A stretch of DNA of 64,000 bases, taken from contig OZ024756.1 of assembly GCA_964016885.1 (NCBI GenBank), positions 5,890,001-5,954,000 on the forward strand, written 5' to 3'. Source of the stretch: Eledone cirrhosa (lineage: Eukaryota). The notes below the pieces were generated by a model. The model did not search any database. It saw nothing but the letters and a program-made list of their open reading frames with translations, and was not told the origin of the DNA. A program made the position numbers and the translations under genes. Position 1 is the first letter of the stretch, and each line of letters opens with the position of its first letter. Shown here piece by piece: positions 26,481-42,400 of this stretch.

Positions 26481-26989
26481 CTAGGATCTTCCAAAATATA
26501 TATGTAGGTATGTATGCATGTATGCATATATGTATGTATATATGTTTATATATATATATATATATATATATATTTGGGGAGGGCCATATTGATATAATAT
26601 TGCCAGAAATAAAAATAGAACACACTCACTGTTTGGTTGGGGTTGGCTTACGCTTCAGTATATTTTATATCTCCATATTTAATTTATCTGGCAATCAATA
26701 TTCATTATTGACTGACCAACGGTTAAACATACAGATAAGAATATATATATATAATCTATCAAAGTTCTTTCGTCACACATCTAAGACATCAGCAGTCGCA
26801 AGCGTGGGATGGATCGTTCTGATGAAGACCAGTTAATCAAATAATTATATAAACCTGAGAAATTCAATATCGTTGGTTTAGTCAAGCGGTTGTCAACCTT
26901 TCGGGCCCCACGGACCACTAACACTCACCATTTTAAATCCCGCGGACCACTAATATAAATTATTTAAAAAGATAAATACATTTGTAAAA

Positions 26990-27183
26990 TAATTGTTTCT
27001 ACTTATGGCACAAGGCCAGCAATTACCCCCAGTACATTACTGGTACATTAATTTATCGACACCGTAAAGATGAAAGGCATAGTTGATCTCGGCGGGATTT
27101 GATCTCAGAGCGTAAATGGCCGTAGCTCTATGTTACAAAGCATAGCTTCCGACCCTCTACTGATTTTGCGAATCTACCGCCCC
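26990..27183 (-). mobile_element. tRNA-derived SINE
   Basis: Family core; AAAATAAT on both sides. Confidence 0.85.
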
Positions 27184-27526
27184 AAAATAATGATCAGAGA
27201 ACTTCCATTTTATTAAACAATACTGAAGTGTACCTGTGTCATATTGTCAATAGGTGATATATAGGTGTAAAATAATGACCAGGGAACTTCTATTTAATTA
27301 AACAATACTGAAGTGTACCTGTGTCATATTGTCAATAGGTGATATATAGGTGTAAAATAATGATCAGAGAACTTCCATTTAATTAAACAATACTGAAGTG
27401 TACCTGTGTCATATTGTCGATAGATGATATATAGGTGTAAAATAATGATCAGAGAACTTGTATTTTATTAAACAATACTGAAGTGTACCTGTGTCATATT
27501 GTCGATAGATGATACATATGTAAAAT
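27184..27526. repeat. 85-bp tandem repeat x4
   Basis: AAAATAATGA.CAG at 27184, 27269, 27354, 27439. Confidence 0.93.
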
Positions 27527-27625
27527 TATTTCATGGATGTTAGTTCTGAAGAGAAACATCTTTTAGGCGAGTTATAGAATATATTTAACCAAATATTATT
27601 TTAAGTTTATTATTAATAAAACATA

Positions 27626-27818
27626 GGTCGGTGAATTGGCAGTATCGGTAGAGGGTCGGAGGCCATGTTCTGACGCATCGAGTTACGGCCCTTGCTATTC
27701 TGACTTCAAATCCCGCCGGGGTTAACTTTGCCTTTCATCCTTACTGGGTCGATAAAATAAAGTACCAGTAATGTACTGGGTAATTTGCTGGCCTTGTGCC
27801 AATAGTAGAAACAATTAT
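27626..27818 (+). mobile_element. tRNA-derived SINE
   Basis: Family core; TSD ATTATTAATAAAACATA. Confidence 0.88.
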
Positions 27819-28215
27819 TAATAAAACATAAATATTGCAAATAATGTCCCAAATTTTTCTGCGGACCACCAACATTTTCTCGCATACCACCAGTGGCCGG
27901 AGAGCCACCGGTTGGTGACCGCTGGACTAGTCTACTCCTTTGTCAAACATCAGACTTATCTCCTGTTTCAAAGGACCAGTATTGTTGCTCAATATAGCAA
28001 GATGAATCTCCCTGAGATTTACTTTAAGAGTAAATGTGGCTCTGCTATACGTTAATTTCACGAGGAAGCTATTCCGCTGTCCGTACAACTGGAAAACTAG
28101 AGTCATCGACGCAACCGACGGAGATCCTTGAATGACTATTGAAAGGCAAGTTTCTGTTGATCTGCAGCTGGGTCAATACTTAAACTTGGATCCCAGAGTA
28201 TTCGTAATACGAGAC

Positions 28216-28221
28216 TAGTAA

Positions 28222-28258
<37 letters not shown>

Positions 28259-28307
28259 GGTACTACTACTACTACTGCTGCTGCTGCTCCTATTACTGGT
28301 GCTTCTG

Positions 28308-28346
<39 letters not shown>

Positions 28347-28660
28347 GTAGTAGTAGTAATAGAAGTAGTAGTAGTAGTAGTAGCAGTAGTGGTGGTGGTA
28401 GTAGTAGTGGTGGTAGTGGTAGCAATAGTGGCTGTAGTAGCAGCAGCAGTAGTAGTAATAGAAACAGCAGCAATGGTGGTAGTAGTAGTGGTACCAGTAG
28501 AAGTAGCAGCAGCAGCAGCGGTGGTAGTAGTAGTAGTAACAGCATTAGTAGTAGTAGTAGTAGTAGCAGCAGAATTGGTGGCAGTAGTAGTAGTAGTAGT
28601 AACAATAGTAGAAGCAGTAGTGGTAGTGGTATAAGTAGGATTGGTAGTAGTAGCAGTAGT
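28216..28660. repeat. (ACT)n/(AGT)n head-to-head trinucleotide block
   Basis: Polarity switches at ACTACTAGTAGT, ~28345. Confidence 0.9.
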
Positions 28661-28944
28661 GATCCCATCATGGTATATATTTATCTAGGGAGAGGAATGA
28701 TATTTTTATCTGTTTATTTTGATAAATGCCATTCCGTTTCTTGTATTTGCCATGTTATCTTAAGTCTCCGGAAATGTCCATACACTGTTGATAGCCGACC
28801 TACGACATATAAAAGTCCATGATATTGCTATCCTATTTACCAACAACTCTATATGATGTCAGGCTACACTAAATAGTAATGGGTTTCATTACACAGTGGT
28901 TATTGAGTGTATTATTGGGGTCGATGGAACACTTCATAAGCTGA

Positions 28945-29515
28945 CTATGAAGGAGTGATGCTAGAGCTGTGAAATCTTGCATTAATTCCAACTCTTTCTA
29001 TTAATAAATGCATTAATTCTTTCCTGGGATTATGTTGAGGAACAAGCCTCATTTGGTCATTGCATGAGAGTATCTTGGTCAACCTATGAAGGAGTGATGC
29101 TAGCGCTATGAAATCTTACATGCACTAATTTCAACTTTTTTTTATTAATAACTGCATTTTTTCTTTCCTGGGACTATGTTGAAAAATAAACCTCAATTGG
29201 TCATTCCATGAGAGTATCTTGGTTAACCTATAAAGGAGTGATGTTAGGGTTCTGAAATCTTACATGTATTAATTTCAACTCTTCTTATTAATAACTGTAT
29301 TGTTTCTTTCCAAGGACTATGTTGAAAAATAAACCTCATTTGGTCATTCCATGAGAGTATCTTGGTCAACCTATGAAGGAGTGATGCTAGCCTGTGAAAT
29401 CTTACATAAATTAATTTAAACTCTTCTTATTAATAACTGAATTATTACTTTCCTGGGACTATATTGAAAAATAAACCTCATTTGGTCATTCTATGAGAGT
29501 ATCTTGGTCAGCTAA
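28945..29515. repeat. ~142-bp diverged tandem repeat x4
   Basis: CTAT.AAGGAGTGATG at 28945, 29084, 29228, 29371. Confidence 0.9.
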
Positions 29516-29554
29516 TGAACTGTTCAACCAACCCTCGTATATCTGAATTGTAGA

Positions 29555-29745
29555 GCGGTGGATTGGCAGTAATCGGTAGAGTATAGGACAACATCCATTG
29601 TGGCATAGAGTTAGGGCCATTTACGGTCTGAGTTCAAATCCCGTACGGGTTCGCAAGATAAATTACCAGCAACATATGTGGGTCGATTTATCCAACTTTC
29701 CTCTTCCCCCAAATTATTGGCCCTGTGCCTCAAACAGAATACAGT
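29555..29745 (+). mobile_element. tRNA-derived SINE (internally deleted)
   Basis: GCGGTGGATTGGCAG...GAGTTCAAATCCCG. Confidence 0.75.
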
Positions 29746-30220
29746 ATTTCTAAGTTGTACTTCTTTGGCCAGTGGCATATGTTCCTATTTTAATTTTGTC
29801 AGTGAGTGAAAGGTAGCCCCCATTAAATTAGACATTTCTAAGGGCCCTAAAACTGTAGAAAGATTTCTAATTTAGCCAGGTAGTGTCTAAATTACCGCAA
29901 GGCCACATCGAATTCAGAAACATTTGATTACTAATCAAACTATTTACTCACATGACCGTGACTGCACCCGTGTCTGGAGAGAATTTAATGGAAAAGATTC
30001 TCGTTTCTCTTCCCATAATAATATAAACCACAGATAAATAGGGATCTTAACTCCCGAGGGTGTCATATAGTTACCGTTCTGACAACTCCTATCACGCATC
30101 TTAAAACATAGAAATGTAGTAAAGTGTGAAATATGAAAAGAATCAGGGCCCTGACGGCTGACCTACGGCCGTTTCGACCCATGATTCTGAAGCTCAGAGA
30201 AATGCCGGTTTCTTCTTGAG

Positions 30221-30264
<44 letters not shown>

Positions 30265-30423
30265 ACCTATATATGAAGTCTAATAGTATACAGTTATATA
30301 ACTGCTATAGATCAGTCAATATGTCAACATGATCAACCCTCCGAAACGATCGTAAAACAATATGATATGAATTGGTAAAATAACTCGACTTTGTTGATAT
30401 TATTCTCATTGTTAAATTAATAC

Positions 30424-30472
<49 letters not shown>

Positions 30473-30525
30473 TAATAAAAACAATGAATAAAAACAAAGA
30501 AACAGTTCCTTATATTAAAAAATTC

Positions 30526-30663
30526 ATCATTTTACGATCGTTTCTAGGATATATATATAAGTGTGTGTTGGTATGTATATCATATAGATCTATGTAAACA
30601 TTTTACAAACTATCAGAGGGAATATACATACCTACACATATATATGCTGTCTTCAGAAATAAT
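30526..30663 (-). ncRNA. Type I hammerhead (family of 10066-10214)
   Basis: Minus: ATTATTT-CTGAAGA-cAG...CTa-GAAA-CGATCG-TA-AAATGAT. Confidence 0.75.
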
Positions 30664-30835
30664 CATATATATATATAGTAAGGTGTATTATTGGTTGTGT
30701 AAAACGGTCCAATACATTTTTTTACCAATATTAAGTTCTCCACGCTGTTACCTTGCCTTTCGGATTTTCATTTTGATATATATATATATAGAGAGAGAGA
30801 TTACATGAAACGAATTTCTGTTTAAATCATTTATC

Positions 30836-30882
30836 TGCTTACAATTGTTTCTTCCAAACCGAGGTTTGGATTCTTCGGAGCA
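30836..30882 (-). ncRNA. Hammerhead with CCGAAGA core variant
   Basis: Minus: TGCT-CCGAAGA-aTCCAAACC tc GGTTTGGAa-GAAA-CAATTG-TA-AGCA. Confidence 0.7.
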
Positions 30883-31106
30883 ATTATTCAGTGATTTTTA
30901 ACATACTTGACCTCCTTTTCAACACGAGAGACATATAGAAACATATGTATATATTGACCCACTGTGGGTTGACATCCATTATAATAATATAGCATGGTAA
31001 TTTACATATAAAGATTAGAGTCATATTAAAGGACAAAATTAGGGTATAATATATATATAACTATAAAAGGTTTTAGTATATACATAACCATAAATAGTAT
31101 CCTTAA

Positions 31107-31178
<72 letters not shown>

Positions 31179-31179
31179 G

Positions 31180-31725
31180 GGGTCGCTTCCAGTACTGGAT
31201 GGTACTTTTGGTATCAACCACGGAAGGACTTAAAGCAAATTCAACCTCGATTGGATTAGAACTCAAACGACAGTGAACCAGAACAAATAAGGAGGTATTT
31301 TCAGCCCTACACTATATCCATTCGTCCAATTAGCCATCTTATCAGTAACGAGTTTAAATCCCGCCAAGGCTACCAATGCATTTTATCCTTACGGGGTCGA
31401 TAAAATAAAGTACCAGTAATGTACTTGGTCGATTTAATCGACTTTTCCCTCCCATCAAATTACTGGCCTTGTGCCTATACTAAAAATCATTATTATCGCG
31501 TAAGGGCGGTGGATTGGCAGTATCGGTAGGTTGTCAGGCCACATGCTTCCTCGCATCGTGTTACGGCTCTTTACGTTCCAATTTCAAATCCCGCCGATGT
31601 TAACTTTGCTTTTCAACCTGACGGGAATGATAAAATAAAGCACCAGTAAGGTACTGGCGGTCCATTAAATCGACGATCCCTTTCCCCAAAATTGTTGGCC
31701 TTGAGCCTAATTCAGAAACCATTAT
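31180..31725. mobile_element. Cluster of three SINE copies (31180-31330 minus partial; 31350-31495 plus partial; 31503-31725 plus)
   Basis: Family core and B-box matches. Confidence 0.75.
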
Positions 31726-32108
31726 TTCCATTATAATCGATTTTATATTTAGTTATTTGCTGTGTTATTAACATGTTAGTTTTCTTGTCATGGCTGCTGA
31801 TGTTACAATTGTTGTAAATCTCGAATGTGTTGTTATTGGAACATCTGTTGTGAAATAATCGATAACAGACATTATAAAAAACAGCAAAACACTCTGCCAG
31901 TTCGATATTAATAGTACTGTTATTTTCTTTACAATATATATTTTCTATCAAAACGTGTATCTTGGTTTACTGGCAAATATTTAATTATTTTATTTCTTGC
32001 CGAAGAATTAGATTATCGCAAATATTTGAATTTTGACTCGACATGTATTAGACTACACCTACATACATAACTACACACACATAAACACGCATATCTCTCT
32101 CTCTCTCT

Positions 32109-32139
<31 letters not shown>

Positions 32140-32159
32140 ACTCACACACACCCACACAA

Positions 32160-32197
<38 letters not shown>

Positions 32198-32358
32198 CAT
32201 TGGGAGGGTCATGCTGCCAAGAAAAACATACACACCTGTTGGATTTCACTTCAATTTATTACAAATGGAAATGTCCAGAAATACAATAAACGAAGAGTAT
32301 ATATATATATATATATATGGAGGAGGTTATAGTTCACTTGAAGCATTGTGTAATGAGG

Positions 32359-32776
32359 TATAAACGTTTGAATATGTGTAATAAGGCCAAAACAATGTAG
32401 GTATGGACATAGAAAAAAAGAATGCAATAGTAAAAGAATTCGTATTTCACCTTGAATTTATTAAATGCCCTTAATTTTCGAGATAATATCTCTTCTTCGG
32501 AGGGAAATAAAGGTCTCAAACCAGCGTCTTAAATCTCTAGCCAAGCCATGATAACCGGAAATAGTATTTCTATACTTTTTACGGTCAGCATGGCTTGGCT
32601 AGAGATTTAAGACGCTGGTTTGAGACCTTTATTTCCCTCCGAAGAAGAGATATTATCTCGAAAATTAAGGACATTTAGTAAATTCAAGCTGAAAGACGAA
32701 TTCTTTTACTATTGCATTCTTTTTTTCTATGTCCATACCTGCATTGTTTTGGCCTTATTACACATATTCAAACGTT

Positions 32777-32780
<4 letters not shown>
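32359..32780. repeat. Foldback palindrome, ~199-bp arms, HHR-like motif in each arm
   Basis: Arms 32359-32557 / 32582-32780; CCCT-CCGAAGA-a-GAGAT att ATCTC-GAAA-AT-TA-AGG(G) at 32635-32671 and its mirror. Confidence 0.9.
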
Positions 32781-32817
<37 letters not shown>

Positions 32818-33140
32818 GCATGTATATATATGTCCAAAATCAATAAAATTAAATTAAATTAAGGGTGTCATGTCCGAGAGACATGCGCCGTATCCACTAT
32901 AGAAAAAGCTCAAAGATTCCAATGAATAGATCCGAGCATTTTATATCAACCAGAAATTGATTGACATATATATATATATATAAAATAAATACATGAAACA
33001 ATCACAGGGGGTAACTTGTAAAGTGTGTAGTCACACATAGCTAGGTAGGTAACTAATTAAAGTTTAACTAGAGCTTCAGATATTACCTTTTAAAAATGAT
33101 TGTGTTTATTTTAAATATATTATATGTCAATCAATTTCTA

Positions 33141-33182
<42 letters not shown>

Positions 33183-33439
33183 AGTTTGATATTCACTCAC
33201 TGGATTGACTTTACCGGTTGGGGAGTTAACCATGCCTTCGACAAGTGTCCCTTCCAAGGGTAATCGTGTTTCAGACAAACTTTCATAGTTTTTTTAATGG
33301 CCGTCGATAAATAATCTCCAACGGTGCCAAAGTAAGTAATATCTACAACTGTGTCTCTAAACAGAATCCTGCCTCATGCTTATTTATATATAGATATTAT
33401 TTTACAAATATTCCAAATAAAACGCCATTACTATCACGG

Positions 33440-36400
33440 CTGCCGTTACTACTCTCATCACCACCAGCAGCAGCAACCACGTCAACAACACCATCACCAT
33501 CACCAACAACAATAACGGCAACAACACACCGCCAGCACCACCAACAGCAACCATGTCAAGAACACCATCACCATCACCACCAACACCTGTACCATCACCA
33601 CCCCCAAAAACAAAGACAACCCCACAAACAACACCACCGCCACCACCACCAACACCTACATCAACATCAACAACACCACCGCCATCACCACCAGCCGCAA
33701 CCATGTCAAGAACACCGCCACCACCACCACCAACACCAACAGCAACAACACCACCGCCATCACCACCACCAACACCAACGGCAACAACACCAACGCCATC
33801 ACCACCAACACCACCATCAACAGCACCATCGCCACCACCACCACCAACACCACCATCAACAACACCACCGCCACCACCACTAACACTGTTACCATCATCT
33901 GCAACATCACCAATAATATCATCACCAACCACACCAAGAAACCCACTACCACCACCACTGCCACCACCACTAACAATGCTACTACTAACACCACCACCAC
34001 CACCACCACTAACAATACTACTACTAACACCACCACCACCACCACTAACAATACTACTACTAACACCACCACCACCACCACCACTAACAATACTACTACT
34101 AACACCACCACCACCACCACCACTAACAATACTACTACTAACACCACCACCACCACCACCACTAACAATACTACTACTAACACCACCACCACCACCACCA
34201 CCACTAACAATACTACTACTAACACCACCACCACCACCACTAACAATACTATTACTAACACCACCACCACCACCACCACTAACAATACTACTACTAACAC
34301 CACCACAACCACCACTAACAATACTACTACTAACACCACCACCACCACCACCACTAACAATACTACTACTAACACCAACACCACCACCACCACTAACAAT
34401 ACTACTACTAACACCACCACCACCACCACCACCAACAATACTACTACTAACACCACCACCACAACCACTAACAATACTACTACTAACACCACCACCACCA
34501 CCACCACTAACAATACTACTACTAACACCTACACCACCACCACTAACAATACTACTACTAACACCACCACAACCACCACTAACAATACTACTACTAACAC
34601 CACCACCACCACCACTAACAATACTACTACTAACACCACCACCACCACCACCACAAACAATACTACTACTAACACCACCACCACCACCACCACTAACAAT
34701 ACTACTACTAACACCACCACCACCACCACCACAAACAATACTACTACTAACACCACCACCACCACAACCACTTACAATACTACTACTAACACCAACACCA
34801 CCACCACCACTAACAATACTACTACTAACACCACCACCACAACCACCACTAACAATACTACTACTAACACCACCACCACCACCACCACTAACAATACTAC
34901 TACTAACACCACCACAACCACCACTAACAATACTACTACTAACACCACCACCACCACCACTAACAATACTACTACTAACACCAACACCACCACCACCACT
35001 AACAATACTACTACTAACACCACCACCACCACCACTAACAATACTACTACTAACACCACCACCACCACCACAAACAATACTACTACTAACACCACCACCA
35101 CCACCACTAACAATACTACTACTAACACCACCACCACAACCACTAACAATACTACTACTAACACCACCACCACCACCACTAACAATACTACTACTAACAC
35201 CAACACCACCACCACCACTAACAATACTACTACTAACACCACCACCACCACCACTAACAATACTACTACTAACACCACCACCACCACCACCACTAACAAT
35301 ACTACTACTAACACCACCACCACCACCACCACTAACAATACTACTACTAACACCAACACCACCACCACCACTAACAATACTACTACTAACACCACCACCA
35401 CCACCACCACTAACAATACTACTACTAACACCACCACCACCACCACCACTAACAATACTACTACTAACACCAACACCACCACCACCACTAACAATACTAC
35501 TACTAACACCACCACCACCACCACCACTAACAATACTACTACTAACACCACCACCACCACCACCACTAACAATACTACTACTAACACCACCACCACCACC
35601 ACCACTAACAATACTACTACTAACACCACCACCACCACCACTAACAATACTACTACTAACACCACCACCACCACCACCACTAACAATACTACTACTAACA
35701 CCACCACCACCACCACCACTAACAATACTACTACTAACACCACCACCACCACCACCACTAACAATACTACTACTAACACCAACACCACCACCACCACTAA
35801 CAATACTACTACTAACACCACCACCACCACCACCACTAACAATACTACTACTAACACCAACACCACCACCACCACTAACAATACTACTACTAACACCACC
35901 ACCACCACCACCACTAACAATACTACTACTAACACCACCACCACCACCACTAACAATACTACTACTAACACCACCACCACCACCACCACTAACAATACTA
36001 CTACTAACACCACCACCACCACCACCACTAACAATACTACTACTAACACCACCACCACCACCACCACTAACAATACTACTACTAACACCACCACCACCAC
36101 CACCACTAACAATACTACTACTAACACCACCACCACCACCACCACTAACAATACTACTACTAACACCACCACCACCACCACAAACAATACTACTACTAAC
36201 ACCACCACCACCACCACTAACAATACTACTACTAACACCACCACCACCACCACTAACAATACTACTACTAACACCACCACCACCACCACTAACAATACTA
36301 CTACCAACACCAACACCACCACCACCACTAACAATACTACTACTAACACCACCACCACCACCACTAACAATACTACTACTAACACCACCACCACCACCAC

Positions 36401-39400
36401 CACTAACAATACTACTACTAACACCACCACCACCACCACCACTAACAATACTACTACTAACACCAACACCACCACCACCACTAACAATACTACTACTAAC
36501 ACCACCACCACCACCACCACTAACAATACTACTACTAACACCACCACCACCACCACCACTAACAATACTACTACTAACACCAACACCACCACCACCACTA
36601 ACAATACTACTACTAACACCACCACCACCACCACCACTAACAATACTACTACTAACACCACCACCACCACCACCACCACCACTAACAATACTACTACTAA
36701 CACCAACACCACCACCACCACTAACAATACTACTACTAACACCACCACCACCACCACCACTAACAATACTACTACTAACACCACCACCACCACCACCACT
36801 AACAATACTACTACTAACACCACCACCACCACTAACAATACTACTACTAACACCACCACCACCACCACCACTAACAATACTACTACTAACACCACCACCA
36901 CCACTAACAATACTACTACTAACACCACCACCACCACCACCACTAACAATACTACTACTAACACCACCACCACCACCACCACTAACAATACTACTACTAA
37001 CACCACCACCACCACCACAAACAATACTACTACTAACACCACCACCACCACAACCACTAACAATACTACTACTAACACCAACACCACAACCACCACTAAC
37101 AATACTACTACTAACACCACCACCACCACCACCACCACTAACAATACTACTACTAACACCACCACCACCACCACCACCACTAACAATACTACTACTAACA
37201 CCACCACCACCACCACCACCACTAACAATACTACTACTAACACCACCACCACCACCACTAACAATACTACTACTAACACCACCACCACCACCACCACTAA
37301 CAATACTACTACTAACACCACCACCACCACCACCACTAACAATACTACTACTAACACCACCACCACCACCACCACTAACAATACTACTACTAACACCACC
37401 ACCACCACCACCACTAACAATACTACTACTAACACCACCACCACCACCACTAACAATACTACTACTAACACCACCACCACCACTAACAATACTACTACTA
37501 ACACCACCACCACAACCACCACTAACAATACTACTACTAACACCACCACCACCACCACCACCACTAACAATACTACTACTAACACCACCACCACCACCAC
37601 CACCACTAACAATACTACTACTAACACCACCACCACCACCACTAACAATACTACTACTAACACCACCACCACCACCACTAACAATACTACTACTAACACC
37701 ACCACAACCACCACCACTAACAATACTACTACTAACACCACCACCAGCCACCACTAACAATACTACTACTAACACCACCACCACCACCACTAACAATACT
37801 ACTACTAACACCACCACCAGCACCACTAACAATACTACTACTAACACCACCACCACCACCACTAACAATACTACTACTAACACCACCACCACCACCACTA
37901 ACAATACTACTACTAACACCACCACCACCACCACCACTAACAATACTACTACTAACACCACCACCACCACTAACAATACTACTACTAACACCACCACCAC
38001 CACCACCACTAACAATACTACTACTAACACCACCACAACCACCACCACTAACAATACTACTACTAACACCACCACCACCACTAACAATACTACTACTAAC
38101 ACCAACACCACCACCACTAACAATACTACTACTAACACCACCACCAGCACCACTAACAATACTACTACTAACACCACCACCACCACCACTAACAATACTA
38201 CTACTAACACCACCACCAGCACCACTAACAATACTACTACTAACACCACCACCACCACCACTAACAATACTACTACTAACACCACCACCACCACCACTAA
38301 CAATACTACTACTAACACCACCACAACCACCACCACTAACAATACTACTACTAACACCACCACCACCACTAACAATACTACTACTAACACCACCACCACC
38401 ACCACCACTAACAATACTACTACTAACACCACCACCACCACCACTAACAATACTACTACTAACACCACCACAACCACCACCACTAACAATACTACTACTA
38501 ACACCACCACCACCACCACCACTAACAATACTACTACTAACACCACCACCACCACCACCACTAACAATACTACTACTAACACCACCACCACCACCACCAC
38601 TAACAATACTACTACTAACACCACCACCACCACCACCACTAACAATACTACTACTAACACCACCACCACCACCACCACTAACAATACTACTACTAACACC
38701 AACACCACCACCACCACTAACAATACTACTACTAACACCACCACAACCACCACCACTAACAATACTACTACTAACACCACCACCACCACCACCACTAACA
38801 ATACTACTACTAACACCACCACCACCACCACCACTAACAATACTACTACTAACACCACCACCACCACCACCACCACCACCAGCACCACTAACAATACTAC
38901 TACTAACACCACCACCACCACCACTAACAATACTACTACTAACACCACCACCACCACCACCACTAACAATACTACTACTACCACCACCACCACCACTAAC
39001 AATACTACTACTAACACCAACACCACCACCACCACTAACAATACTACTACTAACACCACCACCACCACTAACAATACTACTACTAACACCAACACCACCA
39101 CCACCACTAACAATACTACTACTAACACCACCACCACCACTAACAATACTACTACTAACACCACCACCACCACCACCACTAACAATACTACTACTAACAC
39201 CAACACCACCACCACCACTAACAATACTACTACTAACACCACCACCACCACTAACAATACTACTACTAACACCAACACCACCACCACCACTAACAATACT
39301 ACTACTAACACCACCACCACCACTAACAATACTACTACTAACACCACCACCACCACTAACAATACTACTACTAACACCACCACCACCACTAACAATACTA

Positions 39401-42400
39401 CTACTAACACCACCACCACCACTAACAATACTACTACTAACACCACCACCACCACCACCACTAACAATACTACTACTAACACCAACACCACCACCACCAC
39501 TAACAATACTACTACTAACACCACCACCACCACTAACAATACTACTACTAACACCACCACCACCACCACCACTAACAATACTACTACTAACACCACCACC
39601 ACCACCACCACTAACAATACTACTACTAACACCACCACCACCACCACCACTAACAATACTACTACTAACACCAACACCACCACCACCACTAACAATACTA
39701 CTACTAACACCACCACCACCACCACCACTAACAATACTACTACTAACACCACCACCACCACCACCACCACTAACAATACTACTACTAACACCACCACCAC
39801 CACCACCACTAACAATACTACTACTAACACCACCACCACCACCACCACTAACAATAGTACTACTAACACCAACACCACCACCACCACTAACAATACTACT
39901 ACTAACACCAACACCACCACCACCACCACTAACAATACTACTACTAACACCACCACCACCACCACCACTAACAATACTACTACTAACACCAACACCACCA
40001 CCACCACAAACAATACTACTACTAACACCACCACCACCACCACCACCACTAACAATACTACTACTAATACCACCACCACCACCACCACTAACAATACTAC
40101 TACTAACACCACCACCACCACCACCACCACTAACAATACTACTACTAACACCACCACCACCACCACCACTAACAATACTACTACTAACACCAACACCACC
40201 ACCACCACAAACAATACTACTACTAACACCACCACCACCACCACCACCACTAACAATACTACTACTAACACCACCACCACCACCACCACTAACAATACTA
40301 CTACTAACACCAACACCACCACCACCACTAACAATAGTACTACTAACACCAACACCACCACCACCACTAACAATACTACTACTAACACCACCACCACCAC
40401 CACCACCACTAACAATACTACTACTAACACCACCACCACCACCACCACTAACAATACTACTACTAACACCACCACCACCACCACCACCACTAACAATACT
40501 ACTACTAACACCACCACCACCACCACCACTAACAATACTACTACTAACACCAACACCACCACCACCACTAACAATAGTACTACTAACACCACCACCACCA
40601 CCACCACCACTAACAATACTACTACTAACACCAACACCACCACCACCACTAACAATACTACTACTAACACCACCACCACCACCACCACTAACAATACTAC
40701 TACTAACACCACCACCACCACCACCACTAACAATAGTACTACTAACACCACCACCACCACCACCACTAACAATACTACTACTAACACCACCACCACCACC
40801 ACCACTAACAATACTACTACTAACACCACCACCACCACCACCACTAACAATACTACTACTAACACCAACACCACCACCACCACTAACAATACTACTACTA
40901 ACACCACCACCACCACCACCACTAACAATACTACTACTAACACCACCACCACCACCACCACTAACACTACTACTACTAACACCACCACCACCACCACCAC
41001 TAACAATACTACTACTAACACCACCACCACCACCACCACCACTAACAATACTACTACTAACACCACCACCACCACCACCACTAACAATACTACTACTAAC
41101 ACCAACACCACCACCACCACTAACAATAGTACTACTAACACCACCACCACCACCACCACCACTAACAATACTACTACTAACACCAACACCACCACCACCA
41201 CTAACAATACTACTACTAACACCACCACCACCACCACCACTAACAATACTACTACTAACACCACCACCACCACCACCACTAACAATAGTACTACTAACAC
41301 CACCACCACCACCACCACTAACAATACTACTACTAACACCACCACCACCACCACCACTAACAATACTACTACTAACACCACCACCACCACCACCACTAAC
41401 AATACTACTACTAACACCAACACCACCACCACCACTAACAATACTACTACTAACACCACCACCACCACCACCACTAACAATACTACTACTAACACCACCA
41501 CCACCACCACCACTAACAATACTACTACTAACACCACCACCACCACCACCACTAACAATACTACTACTAACACCACCACCACCACCACCACTAACAATAC
41601 TACTACTAACACCAACACCACCACCACCACTAACAATACTACTACTAACACCACCACCACCACCACCACTAACAATACTACTACTAACACCAACACCACC
41701 ACCACCACTAACAATACTACTACTAACACCACCACCACCACCACCACTAACAATACTACTACTAACACCACCACCACCACCACCACTAACAATACTACTA
41801 CTAACACCACCACCACCACCACCACTAACAATACTACTACTAACACCAACACCACCACCACCACTAACAATACTACTACTAACACCACCACCACCACCAC
41901 CACTAACAATACTACTACTAACACCACCACCACCACCACCACTAACAATACTACTACTAACACCACCACCACCACCACCACTAACAATACTACTACTAAC
42001 ACCACCACCACCACCACCACTAACAATACTACTACTAACACCACCACCACCACCACCACTAACAATACTACTACTAACACCAACACCACCACCACCACTA
42101 ACAATACTACTACTAACACCACCACCACCACCACCACTAACAATACTACTACTAACACCACCACCACCACCACCACTAACAATACTACTACTAACACCAC
42201 CACCACCACCACCACTAACAATACTACTACTAACACCACCACCACCACCACCACTAACAATACTACTACAAACACCACCACCACCACCACCACCACTAAC
42301 AATACTACTACAAATGCCACCACCACCACCACTAACAATACTACTACTAACACCACCACCACCACCACCACCACTAACAATACTACTACTACCACCACCA

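Larger units (their letters stand above)
26884..27924. mobile_element. hAT (Charlie-like) MITE carrying two SINEs and an internal tandem repeat
   Basis: TIRs AAGCGGTTGTCAACC / GGTTGGTGACCGCTG; imperfect 8-bp TSD GTTTAGTC / GACTAGTC; subterminal CGGACCAC motifs. Confidence 0.75.

Noticed and set aside
26816-26854. GTT-CTGATGA-a-GA..TC-AAA-TAATTA..AAC
   Set aside because: G12 missing and stems weak; likewise the partial motifs at 30145-30220 and 30343-30353
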